The notes beneath the pieces are model-generated. The model was given only the letters and a program-made list of their open reading frames with translations, was not told where the DNA came from and did not search any database. From Flavobacteriales bacterium (GTDB lineage Bacteria > Bacteroidota > Bacteroidia > Flavobacteriales_F > PHOS-HE28): DNA of 64,000 nt. This document shows, one piece after another, positions 52,896 through 61,612 of this stretch. Location: assembly GCA_039933875.1 (NCBI GenBank), contig JBDTNF010000005.1:2373-66372 (forward strand), in the 5' to 3' direction. The position numbers were made by a program, and so were the translations under genes. Positions within the stretch are counted from its first letter, which is position 1. Each line of letters starts with the position of its first letter.

Positions 52896-54326
52896 GTGGC
52901 GTCCATGAAGAGGATCGGCATCATAGGTGGAGGGTTCACAGGCACGATGACGGCCGTGCAGCTCATCGAGCGCGCGAACGGCCCGTTGGCGATCACGATC
53001 GTGAACGACCGCGGCACCTTCAACAAAGGCGTCGCGTACGACCCCTACTCAAAGGGTCATTTGCTGAACGTGACGGCGGCGAAGATGAGCGCCTATCCCG
53101 ATCGCCCCAACCACTTCATGGACTGGGTGATGGCCCGGCCGTCGTTCGCGCATACCGAGCGCATCCTTGTCGCGAACGCCTTCCTGCCCCGCGACCTCTA
53201 CGGTGAATACCTCACCAGTGTATGGAACAACGCAGAGGCGATCGCGGTGCGCAAGAAGATCAAGGTGCGTGTGATCGAGGACACCGTGGCCGACCTGGAC
53301 GTGACCGACGACGCTGTTGACCTCATCCTCCGCAGTGGCCAACGGATCACCCTGGACCGCTGTGTGATCGCCACCGGCAACCATGCCCCCCGCGATCCGG
53401 GCATAAGGCAACCTGCGTTCTACCAAAACCCACGCTACTTCCGGAACCCTTGGAACGTGGCCTCCGTGAGCGGTGCTGACAGCGCACTGCCGATCCTGAT
53501 CATCGGCAACGGCCTCACCATGGTGGATACGGTCCTCGGCCTGTTGGAACACGGCTTCACCAATACGATCTGGTCCATCTCACCGAACGGCTACAACATC
53601 CTGCCACACCGCCACAATGGGCTGGCCTATACCAAGTTGACCGAGGAACTGCGCGACACCATGACATTGCGCGAACTGGTCGCCTTGGTGAACAAGCACA
53701 TCCGATCGGTGCGCGAGTTCGGTGTCTCTGCCGAACCGGTCATCGATTCCATCCGGCCGCACGTGCAGCGCATCTGGAAGCGCCTGACACCGGCCGAGCG
53801 CCGGATCTTCATGGCGCGGTTGCGACACTTGTGGGGTGTGGCGCGGCACCGCGTCCCCTTGCACATCCATGATCGATTGCAACAGTTGCGCATCGACGGG
53901 CGGTTGCGGATCCTCTCCGGCAGGTTGATCGACATCAGCGAGGAGAACGGAGCGGTCCATGTGGAGCATTTCGATCACAAGCGCCAGGCAACGGCGACGC
54001 TCCAGGTGTGCCGTGTGATCAACTGCACCGGCCCGGAAACGGACCTGATGAGGCTGGAGGAGGGTTTCCTCAAGAACGCGTTGTTGAAGGGATCGATCGC
54101 ACAGGATGAATTGAAGTTGGGAATCCGTACGGATACCGAAACGTTCGCGGTGCTCGATGCGACCGGTCGACCGCATGAACGCTTGTTCACGCTCGGTTCG
54201 AACTTGAAAGGTGAACTGTGGGAAAGCACCGCGGTGAACGAACTGCGCGCCCAGGCTGAATTGCTTGCGAAGGACCTCCTGCTGCTACCGAGCGGACGAA
54301 AGGTCGCCACCGCTCCTGCGCGCTAG
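52896..54326 (+). CDS. FAD/NAD(P)-binding protein
   Basis: The N-terminal Rossmann motif is KRIGIIGGGFTGT and a second dinucleotide motif is ILIIGNGLTMVD. The product is 476 aa. Confidence 0.8.
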   Translation: MASMKRIGIIGGGFTGTMTAVQLIERANGPLAITIVNDRGTFNKGVAYDPYSKGHLLNVTAAKMSAYPDRPNHFMDWVMARPSFAHTERILVANAFLPRDLYGEYLTSVWNNAEAIAVRKKIKVRVIEDTVADLDVTDDAVDLILRSGQRITLDRCVIATGNHAPRDPGIRQPAFYQNPRYFRNPWNVASVSGADSALPILIIGNGLTMVDTVLGLLEHGFTNTIWSISPNGYNILPHRHNGLAYTKLTEELRDTMTLRELVALVNKHIRSVREFGVSAEPVIDSIRPHVQRIWKRLTPAERRIFMARLRHLWGVARHRVPLHIHDRLQQLRIDGRLRILSGRLIDISEENGAVHVEHFDHKRQATATLQVCRVINCTGPETDLMRLEEGFLKNALLKGSIAQDELKLGIRTDTETFAVLDATGRPHERLFTLGSNLKGELWESTAVNELRAQAELLAKDLLLLPSGRKVATAPAR

Positions 54327-54327
54327 T

Positions 54328-56421
54328 TCAGCGCACGCCGCTCCCGTTCGGCATCGCCTCGTCGGGCCGCACGAAGCGCAACTTCCCTTCAGAATCCTCG
54401 GCCATCAGGACCATGCCTTGGCTCTCGATGCCCTTGAGCTTGCGCGGCTCCAGGTTGCACAGCAACAACACTTGTTGTCCGGGTAACGCCTCCACTGCGA
54501 AGTGCAGCGCGATGCCACTGACGACCGTGCGCGGCTGTGCATCACCGATGTCGATGGTGAGCTTCAGCAATTTGTCGGCCTTCGCCACTTTCTCCGCTGC
54601 GATGATGCTGCCGATGCGCAGATCCAGCGCACTGAATTGATCGAAGTTGATGTTCGCTTTGGGCGCGGCAGGTGTTACGTTCTTGGGCTGATCGGCGGAT
54701 GGTGCTTGTTCCACGGGCTTGTTGGCGTGTAGGCGCTCGACCTCGGCAGCGATCGCCGCATCATCGATCGGTTTGAATAGGTGTTCGGGCTTGCCTAATT
54801 GCGAACCGGGCTTGATCAGGTCGGCGCGCAGGGCTTCATCCCACTTCAGATCGCCGAGACCGAGCATGGTCCGGAGTTTCGCGGTGGTGTGCGGTAGGAA
54901 CGGTTCAAGCACAACGCTCAACGCAGCAGTGACGCGCAAGCTGTTGAAGAGCACCGTGCGCACCCGCTCGGGGTCGGTCTTCTCCAGCTTCCACGGCTCG
55001 GTATCGGTGAGGTACTTGTTGCCCAGGCGTGCGGCTTGCATCGCGCTGGCCAGCGCATCGCGGAAGCGGAACCGGTCGATCTCTTCGGAGATCTTCCCGG
55101 GCAGCACGTTCAGTTCGCTCCAGAGCAACAGGTCCTGTTCATTCCCGCCAGCCGGCTCAGGCACCTTCCCATCGTAATACTTGTGGCATAACACGAACAC
55201 GCGCTGCACGAAATTCCCCAGGATGCTGACGAGCTCGTTGTTGTTCTTGTCCTGGAAGTCCTTCCATGTGAACTCGCTGTCCTTGAACTCCGGCAGGATC
55301 GAAGCGAGCGCGTAGCGCAACTCGTCCTGTCGGTTCGGCCAGCGCTCGATGTACTCGTGCAGCCACACCGCCCAATTGCGGCTGGTGCTCAGTTTCTGCC
55401 CTTCGAGGTTCAGGAACTCGTTGGCAGGCACGTTCTGCGGCAGGATGAATCCACCGTGCATCTTCAGCAGGATCGGGAAGATGATGCAGTGGAACACGAT
55501 GTTGTCCTTGCCGATGAAATGCAGCAGGCGCGTGTCATCGGCCTTCCACCACTTCTCCCAATCGACACCTTTTTCCGCCGCCCACTTTTTCGTGGCGGTG
55601 ATGTAGCCGATCGGCGCATCCAGCCACACATAGAGCACCTTGCCCTCCGCGCCGGGCAGCGGCACAGGTACACCCCAATCCAGGTCGCGGGTCATCGCGC
55701 GCGGCCGCAGGCCGTCCTTCAGCCAGCTGTTGCATTGGCCAAGCACTTGCGGCTTCCACTCGGTGGCATCGTGTTGCTGTTCACCGTCCAGCACACCCGT
55801 GTTGATCCACTCCTCCACCCACTGCTGGCTGCGCTCCATGGGCAGGTACCAGTGCTTTGTTGGACGCAACACGGGCTTGCTCCCGCTCAACGTACTGCGC
55901 GGGTCGATCAGGTCCTTTGGGCTCAGGGCACTGCCGCACTTCTCACATTGGTCGCCGTACGCGTTCGGATTCGCACAGTTGGGGCAGGTGCCGATGATGT
56001 ACCGGTCGGCCAGGAATTGCTTCGCCTCCTCGTCGTAGTACTGCTGCTCCTCCTGCTCCGTGAAGGCGCCGTTCGCATGCAACTGGAGGAAGAAATCCTG
56101 CGAAGTCTTCTTGTGCAGCTCCGAACTGGTACGGTCGTAGATGTCGAACTCGATACCGAAGTCCACGAAGGCCGTACCCATCATCGCGTGATACTTGTCC
56201 ACGATGGCGCGGGGCGTAGTGCCTTCCTTCAGCGCCCGGATGGTGATCGCCGCCCCATGTTCATCACTTCCGCAGATGAACAGCACCTCCTTACCACGGG
56301 CCCGCAAGGAGCGCACATAGATGTCCGCCGGCAGGTAGGCGCCGGCGATATGCCCGATGTGCAGAGGGCCGTTCGCATAGGGCAATGCGGCGGTAACCGT
56401 GGTGCGTTTAGTCTCCTTCAC
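54328..56421 (-). CDS. metG: methionine--tRNA ligase with C-terminal tRNA-binding (EMAP/Trbp111-like) domain
   Basis: TVTAALPYANGPLHIGH (HIGH), KLSTSRN (KMSKS variant), the zinc knuckle CPNC...CEKCG and the C-terminal LDLRIGSIIAAEKV are present. The start is ambiguous: GTG at 56421 (697 aa) or the upstream ATG at 56496 (722 aa). Confidence 0.95.
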   Translation of the reverse strand: MKETKRTTVTAALPYANGPLHIGHIAGAYLPADIYVRSLRARGKEVLFICGSDEHGAAITIRALKEGTTPRAIVDKYHAMMGTAFVDFGIEFDIYDRTSSELHKKTSQDFFLQLHANGAFTEQEEQQYYDEEAKQFLADRYIIGTCPNCANPNAYGDQCEKCGSALSPKDLIDPRSTLSGSKPVLRPTKHWYLPMERSQQWVEEWINTGVLDGEQQHDATEWKPQVLGQCNSWLKDGLRPRAMTRDLDWGVPVPLPGAEGKVLYVWLDAPIGYITATKKWAAEKGVDWEKWWKADDTRLLHFIGKDNIVFHCIIFPILLKMHGGFILPQNVPANEFLNLEGQKLSTSRNWAVWLHEYIERWPNRQDELRYALASILPEFKDSEFTWKDFQDKNNNELVSILGNFVQRVFVLCHKYYDGKVPEPAGGNEQDLLLWSELNVLPGKISEEIDRFRFRDALASAMQAARLGNKYLTDTEPWKLEKTDPERVRTVLFNSLRVTAALSVVLEPFLPHTTAKLRTMLGLGDLKWDEALRADLIKPGSQLGKPEHLFKPIDDAAIAAEVERLHANKPVEQAPSADQPKNVTPAAPKANINFDQFSALDLRIGSIIAAEKVAKADKLLKLTIDIGDAQPRTVVSGIALHFAVEALPGQQVLLLCNLEPRKLKGIESQGMVLMAEDSEGKLRFVRPDEAMPNGSGVR

Positions 56422-56581
56422 GTTGCTCTGATGGCTGCTTTCCGGGCAGGCGCGAAAGTACCTCGCGCGACGCGCCCCACACGGGATCCCGACCACACGT
56501 CACAAGGCACCGATTTTTCTTGGATGGGATGGCTGCTGCTGCCCACCTTCACGCCCCCTTTCCCGAAGCCTGCCCTGCCGT

Positions 56582-57526
56582 ATGGATCCCTTGCTGCGCC
56601 CACCCGCCCTTCGCCCCGGCGACACCATCGCCATTGTACCCACGGCACGCGCCATCGTTCCCGATGAACTCCGCGAAGGGATCGCCCTCGCCGAAAGCTG
56701 GGGGCTGCGGGTTAGGCTCGGCTCTTGCGTGGGTCGCAAGCATTTCCAGCAGGCCGGCACGTCCAGGCAACGCGCTGCCGATCTGCAAGCCGCGTTCGAT
56801 GATCCCGATGTGAAAGCGATCTGGTGCGCGCGTGGCGGATACGGCACGGTGCACCTGTTGAAACACATGGACCTCGAGGCCGTCCGCCGCAACCCGAAGT
56901 GGCTGGTGGGGTTCAGCGATGTCACCGTGTTACACAACACCTTGCACAAACTGGGCATCGCCTCGCTGCACGCCCAGATGCCCTTCAACGTCGGTGCGAA
57001 GAGCGACACGGCGCGGGAGACCTTGCGCAGGGCGCTATTCGGCGATCCGCTAAGCTTGATCAGCATGCGCGAACTGGGCTTGGAGCCCACGACGATGAAC
57101 CGCCCCGGCGAGAGCGAAGGTGTGCTGGTGGGGGGCAACCTTTCCCTGCTTTTCGCGCTGCGAGGCACACCCTACGACCTGGACCCCACCGGCAAGATCC
57201 TGTTCATCGAGGACTTGGACGAACTCCTCTATCACTTGGACCGCATGATCATGAACCTGAAGCTCGGGGGCTGGTTCGAGCGCATCGCGGGGTTGGTGGT
57301 GGGGGGGCTCACGGAGATGAAGGACAAGGACCCAGCGGATCCATTCGGCCTCAGTGCTGAGCAGATCGTGGAGAAGGCCGTGGGGCCGGTGAGTTACCCG
57401 GTGTGCTACGGCTTTCCGGCAGGCCACATCACGGACAACCGGGCGATGATGATGGGCCGAAAAGCGAAACTCAGCGTGACCCCGGAGGGTGCTACGCTGA
57501 GTTTCGAAGAGGAAGAGAACGTCTAG
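56582..57526 (+). CDS. LD-carboxypeptidase (peptidase S66 family)
   Basis: GDTIAIVPTA..., ARGGYG, GFSDVT (nucleophile Ser) and the C-terminal GHI...N are typical of LdcA/MccF-like enzymes. Confidence 0.85.
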   Translation: MDPLLRPPALRPGDTIAIVPTARAIVPDELREGIALAESWGLRVRLGSCVGRKHFQQAGTSRQRAADLQAAFDDPDVKAIWCARGGYGTVHLLKHMDLEAVRRNPKWLVGFSDVTVLHNTLHKLGIASLHAQMPFNVGAKSDTARETLRRALFGDPLSLISMRELGLEPTTMNRPGESEGVLVGGNLSLLFALRGTPYDLDPTGKILFIEDLDELLYHLDRMIMNLKLGGWFERIAGLVVGGLTEMKDKDPADPFGLSAEQIVEKAVGPVSYPVCYGFPAGHITDNRAMMMGRKAKLSVTPEGATLSFEEEENV

Positions 57527-57529
57527 CGG

Positions 57530-58171
57530 CTAGTTGCGCTCGAACTTGTTGAACCCGGCGGGGATCTCGAATAGGGTGGGCTTCTGCACGCCCTTGGTCA
57601 CCTTGGTCACCTCCAGGCGGCTCACTTCGGCACCGTCCATCTTCTGCTCGATGCCCAACATGGGGAACACGCCGCCGCCGTCCTTGATCTCCAGGAAGAA
57701 CACGGCTTGCTCATCCTTGCGGTTCAAGGTTTCCAGCAGGGGAACGAAGAAGTTGAACTCATCGGCCGCCACCCAATAGGTCAACTGGCGGTCCTCTTTG
57801 GGGCCCTTCACCAGCCATTTCTCACACTTGTACCCGGCGATGTCCTTCATCTCCGCGGTCTTCTGGATCGTGGTCTCCACGTCCTTGGGCAGGCGCATGT
57901 TCGGCACGTCCATGTAAAGTTTGCGCTCAGGGCTCACGGCGGTCACCGTCTTGTCGCGTGTGTCCACCAGCATGATGCCCTGCACCTCACCGCGCGCGCT
58001 GATCTCCTCGATCCGCACACGGTCGCCCTTGACGTAGTACTTGTAACTCGTCACCACGGGGCCCGTGGTTTTGGTGAACTCGATGATGCCCTCGAACGAC
58101 TGTGCGTGGAGCGGGGCGAAAGAACCGGCCACCAGGCCGATAAGACAGAGGGAACGGGTGATCGCTTGCAT
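57530..58171 (-). CDS. secreted hypothetical protein (DUF4412-like)
   Basis: ORF trimmed to MQAITRSLCLIGLVAGSFAPLHAQ. The SFEGIIEF start and overall beta-rich pattern resemble DUF4412 as I recall it. The family call is tentative. Confidence 0.6.
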   Translation of the reverse strand: MQAITRSLCLIGLVAGSFAPLHAQSFEGIIEFTKTTGPVVTSYKYYVKGDRVRIEEISARGEVQGIMLVDTRDKTVTAVSPERKLYMDVPNMRLPKDVETTIQKTAEMKDIAGYKCEKWLVKGPKEDRQLTYWVAADEFNFFVPLLETLNRKDEQAVFFLEIKDGGGVFPMLGIEQKMDGAEVSRLEVTKVTKGVQKPTLFEIPAGFNKFERN

Positions 58172-58301
58172 GTTCGGTCTCGTTTCCGGATGAGGATGGC
58201 CGGTATTCGTGTGAAAGCCGGATCGAAAGGGCGGAAAGTTCCTCAATTTTAGGCCTTCAACGGTGCGCCCTGTCGATGGTTACGCCGTGATCTTTCCACA
58301 C

Positions 58302-58679
58302 ATGGCCGAGCACAACCTCATCGGTGACCGCGGAGAGCAACTGGCGTGCCGGTTCCTCCAGGAGCATGGCTTGGAGGTGCTCGAGCGCAACTGGCGCCAT
58401 GGCAGGCACGAGCTTGATATCATCGCCAGACAAGGCCCCGAGTTGGTGATCGTCGAGGTGAAGACCCGCAGCACCGACCAGCATGGCCAGCCCGCCGAGG
58501 CGGTGAAAAAGGGCAAGCGCGGCCTGATGGTGAAGGCCGCCAATGCTTACGTGCAAGCCACCGGCTGCGCACTGGGGCTGCGGTTCGACATCGTCAGTGT
58601 CATCATGCACCCCAACAAGCCGTACATCCACCACATCAAGGACGCCTTCTACCCCACCCTACATGAACGACCGTACTAA
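58302..58679 (+). CDS. yraN: YraN family (UPF0102) endonuclease-like protein
   Basis: GEQLACRFLQEHGLEVLERNWRHGRHELDIIARQGPELVIVEVKTR carries the family's D...E.K core. Confidence 0.85.
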   Translation: MAEHNLIGDRGEQLACRFLQEHGLEVLERNWRHGRHELDIIARQGPELVIVEVKTRSTDQHGQPAEAVKKGKRGLMVKAANAYVQATGCALGLRFDIVSVIMHPNKPYIHHIKDAFYPTLHERPY

Positions 58680-60105
58680 AGGACCGCGTGGCCGCGGTGG
58701 CCGACCCAGCCGCCCCAGTGGCAACAAAAGCACCGGCAGCGGACCGCGTCCTGAGCGCCGTGAATCACGCCCGGACGACCGGGGCACCGGCCGCGGCGAT
58801 CGGGAAGAACGTCCGCGTGCGGGGGCTGGCCCACGTACCGGGCGGCCCGCGCCAGATCGTTCTGCACGACCCGATAGCCGTGGAGAGCGTGATGAGCGAT
58901 CGCGCTCCAGCGCCGCCCCACGACAAGGGCGGCCCGCATCAAGTCGCGCCGCGCGTCCCGATAATCGCAGCGAAAGCCGCGAGGAACGTCCACGTTCGGG
59001 CCGGCCGACGTCCAGCCGCCCCTCGCGGCCCGACAGTCGCACCGAAGGCCGTGGTGAGCGAGAAGAACGCCCACGTACCGGCGGGCCTTCCAAGCGTGCA
59101 GGTAAACGTCCGCCCAAGGCGATGCGCGACGGACGCCCCGAGGACAGTCGCCCAAGTGGTGAGCGCCCCGCCTCACGCGGTGGCCGACCTACTCGACCGG
59201 GTAGCACAAGGCCCGGTGCACGACCCGACGACCGCGGCGAGCGTCCTGCACGCCCGGCTCGGCCCTATGCGGGGCGTCCAAGCGGAGGGCGACCTGATCG
59301 CTTAGCCCCGGAATATGGTGCCAAACGCCACACCGGCCGTGGCCCCGATCGCAACAGCAAACGTGGCCGCGAAGCCGAAGAGGGCACCGGCGATGGACGG
59401 ATCCGTTTGAACCGCTACCTGTCCAATGCGGGCGTGGCCAGTCGCCGCGAAGCCGATGATCTCATCAAAGCGGGTGTGGTGCAAGTGAACGGCGTCACCG
59501 TTACCGAAATGGGCACCAAGGTTGGTCCGGGCGACCGCGTGCATTATGGCGGGCAACGCCTCAGCACCGAGAAGAAACGCTACGTCCTCGTGAACAAGCC
59601 CAAGGACTTCATCACCACCACCGACGATCCGCACGACCGCCGCACGGTGATGGCCCTGATCGACGACGCCTGCACCGAGCGCCTTTACCCCGTTGGCCGC
59701 CTCGATCGCAACACCACCGGCCTCTTGCTTATGACCAACGACGGCGACCTCGCCAAGAAACTCACCCACCCCAGCCACGGCGCCGAGAAGCTTTACTACG
59801 TCACTTTGGACAAGAGCGTGACCCAGGCCGATCTGGAGAAACTCGTCGAAGGCGTTGAGTTGGACGATGGCATCGCCACGGCCGATGAGGCCGCCTACGT
59901 GCAGGGTGCCACCAAGCGCGAAGTGGGCCTCAAGCTGCACATGGGCCGCAACCGTGTTGTGCGCCGCATGTTCGAAGAGCTCGGCTACGATGTGGTGAAG
60001 CTTGATCGCGTTGCCTTCGCCGGCCTTACCAAGCGCGATCTGCCGCGCGGCAACTGGCGGCACCTCACCGAAAAGGAAGTGCTGTTCCTGAGCAAGCGGA
60101 AGTAG
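58663..60105 (+). CDS. RluB/RsuA-type pseudouridine synthase with ~230-aa Arg/Pro/Gly/Glu-rich N-terminal extension
   Basis: The S4 domain is IRLNRYLSNAGVASRREADDLIKAG. The catalytic motif is VGRLDRNTTGLLLMTNDG. ORF trimmed to the Met at 58663, which overlaps the yraN end by 17 nt. Confidence 0.88.
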   Translation: MNDRTKGPRGRGGRPSRPSGNKSTGSGPRPERRESRPDDRGTGRGDREERPRAGAGPRTGRPAPDRSARPDSRGERDERSRSSAAPRQGRPASSRAARPDNRSESREERPRSGRPTSSRPSRPDSRTEGRGEREERPRTGGPSKRAGKRPPKAMRDGRPEDSRPSGERPASRGGRPTRPGSTRPGARPDDRGERPARPARPYAGRPSGGRPDRLAPEYGAKRHTGRGPDRNSKRGREAEEGTGDGRIRLNRYLSNAGVASRREADDLIKAGVVQVNGVTVTEMGTKVGPGDRVHYGGQRLSTEKKRYVLVNKPKDFITTTDDPHDRRTVMALIDDACTERLYPVGRLDRNTTGLLLMTNDGDLAKKLTHPSHGAEKLYYVTLDKSVTQADLEKLVEGVELDDGIATADEAAYVQGATKREVGLKLHMGRNRVVRRMFEELGYDVVKLDRVAFAGLTKRDLPRGNWRHLTEKEVLFLSKRK

Positions 60106-60292
60106 GCGGCTGGGCTAATCCCTTCCGCACTGTCTCCTTTGCCCATCGAGGGATTAAGGGGGGCCCGTGCGTGATCAGTCCCGTGCTAAATGACGCACCG
60201 GTCGGTCATGTATACACGGCTAGGATAATTGCCGGTGCGTTTTAGGAAAGACCACTTCCCCGGGTTAGGTTCACTATCCCAACCCGTCCACC

Positions 60293-61612
60293 ATGACCTT
60301 GTACATACCCACTCGTAGGTCCCTTTATTCGCTTTTCCTTATCACGCTGCTATCGCGCAGTGTAGTGGTCGCGCAAGGCCCCACCATCAGCCTCACCCCC
60401 TCCATTTTCAACGGCTATAACATCAGTTGCTTCGGCGCAAGGAACGGGGCCATTGATGCCACCGTAACAGGCGGCACCACGCCTTACACTTACTCATGGT
60501 CGAATGGTGCGGCAACGCAGGACCTTGCCAACCTCGCCTCTGGTTACTACAAGCTCACAGTTACGGACGCGAGCCTTGTTGTGGTAGAGGCGGATATCAC
60601 GTTAACTGAACCAACGACGGTCAAGATCACGACCACAGCAAGCTCGTATCCCAACGGCTTCAATGTCAGTTGCTATGATTGTTACAACGGCAGTATTGGC
60701 GCAACGGTGACAGGTGGTGTATTGCCATATGCATATAGCTGGCTCGATGGACCTACGACCGAAGATCGTTCGAGCTTGGGGGCCAACAAGTACAAGCTGA
60801 AGGTCACCGACGCGAACGGGTGCATTTACTGGTCTGAGATGGTTTTTCTTACTCAGCCCGATCGGAACGACTGGACAATGAGCGGCAACGCCAATACTGA
60901 TCCTGCTACACAATACCTCGGCAGCAGCGATGCGAAGGATGTGGTGTTCAAGAGCAATGGCACTGAGGCATTGCGACTGAAGAGCAACGGGGACATTAAA
61001 TTGCTTGGCTCGCTGAATACCAGCGGCTTCGTCTATCGGTTGACTGACGGCACATTACGCGCAGGCATATTCCATGCGCCGCCGAACCCCCCGGGGCTAT
61101 GCAATGATCTGAGCGGTATTCCCTTTTGGGAAACACAGGGCAATACATTCGTGGACCCACTGTGCGACGATCCTCGGCTCGGCACTTTGAGCAGCCATTC
61201 TCTCCGTGTGGTAACCGATGGCATTGAGCGAATGATCGTGACAACCACTGGTAAGGTCGGTATCGGCACCGACCCCCCAAGTGGGCCGATCGATGGGTAC
61301 AGGCTGTTCGTTGAGGACGGCATTGCCACCCGCGATGTGCTGGTGAAACTGGGTGCCTGGCCGGATTATGTCTTCAAAGAGGGTTACCACTTGCTCGACC
61401 TCGCCGAGTTGAAGGACTACCTGCACGCGAACGGGCACCTTCCCGGCATACCCTCCGCAGCCGCTGTGGCTGAGAAGGGCGGGGTAGAACTGGGGGATCT
61501 ACAGAGGCGCATGCTCGAGACCATCGAACAACAAACGCTCTATATCCTGCAAATGGAGGAGCGGATGAAAGCGATGGAGCAGCGGATGCGGGCACTCGAA
61601 ACGTCCAAGTGA
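60293..61612 (+). CDS. secreted protein with two SprB-type repeats, a tail-fibre-like middle region and a conserved coiled C-terminal module
   Basis: A signal peptide is present. The SprB-type repeats are ISCFGARNGAIDATVTGGTTPYTYSW and VSCYDCYNGSIGATVTGGVLPYAYSW. The middle reads NDWTMSGNANTDPATQYLGSSDAKDVVFKSNGTEALRL. The C-terminal is WPDYVFKEGYHLLDLAELKDYLHANGHLPGIPSA...LYILQMEE. Confidence 0.8.
   Translation: MTLYIPTRRSLYSLFLITLLSRSVVVAQGPTISLTPSIFNGYNISCFGARNGAIDATVTGGTTPYTYSWSNGAATQDLANLASGYYKLTVTDASLVVVEADITLTEPTTVKITTTASSYPNGFNVSCYDCYNGSIGATVTGGVLPYAYSWLDGPTTEDRSSLGANKYKLKVTDANGCIYWSEMVFLTQPDRNDWTMSGNANTDPATQYLGSSDAKDVVFKSNGTEALRLKSNGDIKLLGSLNTSGFVYRLTDGTLRAGIFHAPPNPPGLCNDLSGIPFWETQGNTFVDPLCDDPRLGTLSSHSLRVVTDGIERMIVTTTGKVGIGTDPPSGPIDGYRLFVEDGIATRDVLVKLGAWPDYVFKEGYHLLDLAELKDYLHANGHLPGIPSAAAVAEKGGVELGDLQRRMLETIEQQTLYILQMEERMKAMEQRMRALETSK

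Noticed and set aside
58659-59305. ORFs 58659..59207 (-), 58676..59176 (-) and 58688..59305 (+) overlapping the RluB N-terminal region.
   Set aside because: They are products of the extreme Arg/Pro/Gly codon composition of a low-complexity coding repeat. Only the frame continuing into the S4 and pseudouridine synthase domains makes sense.
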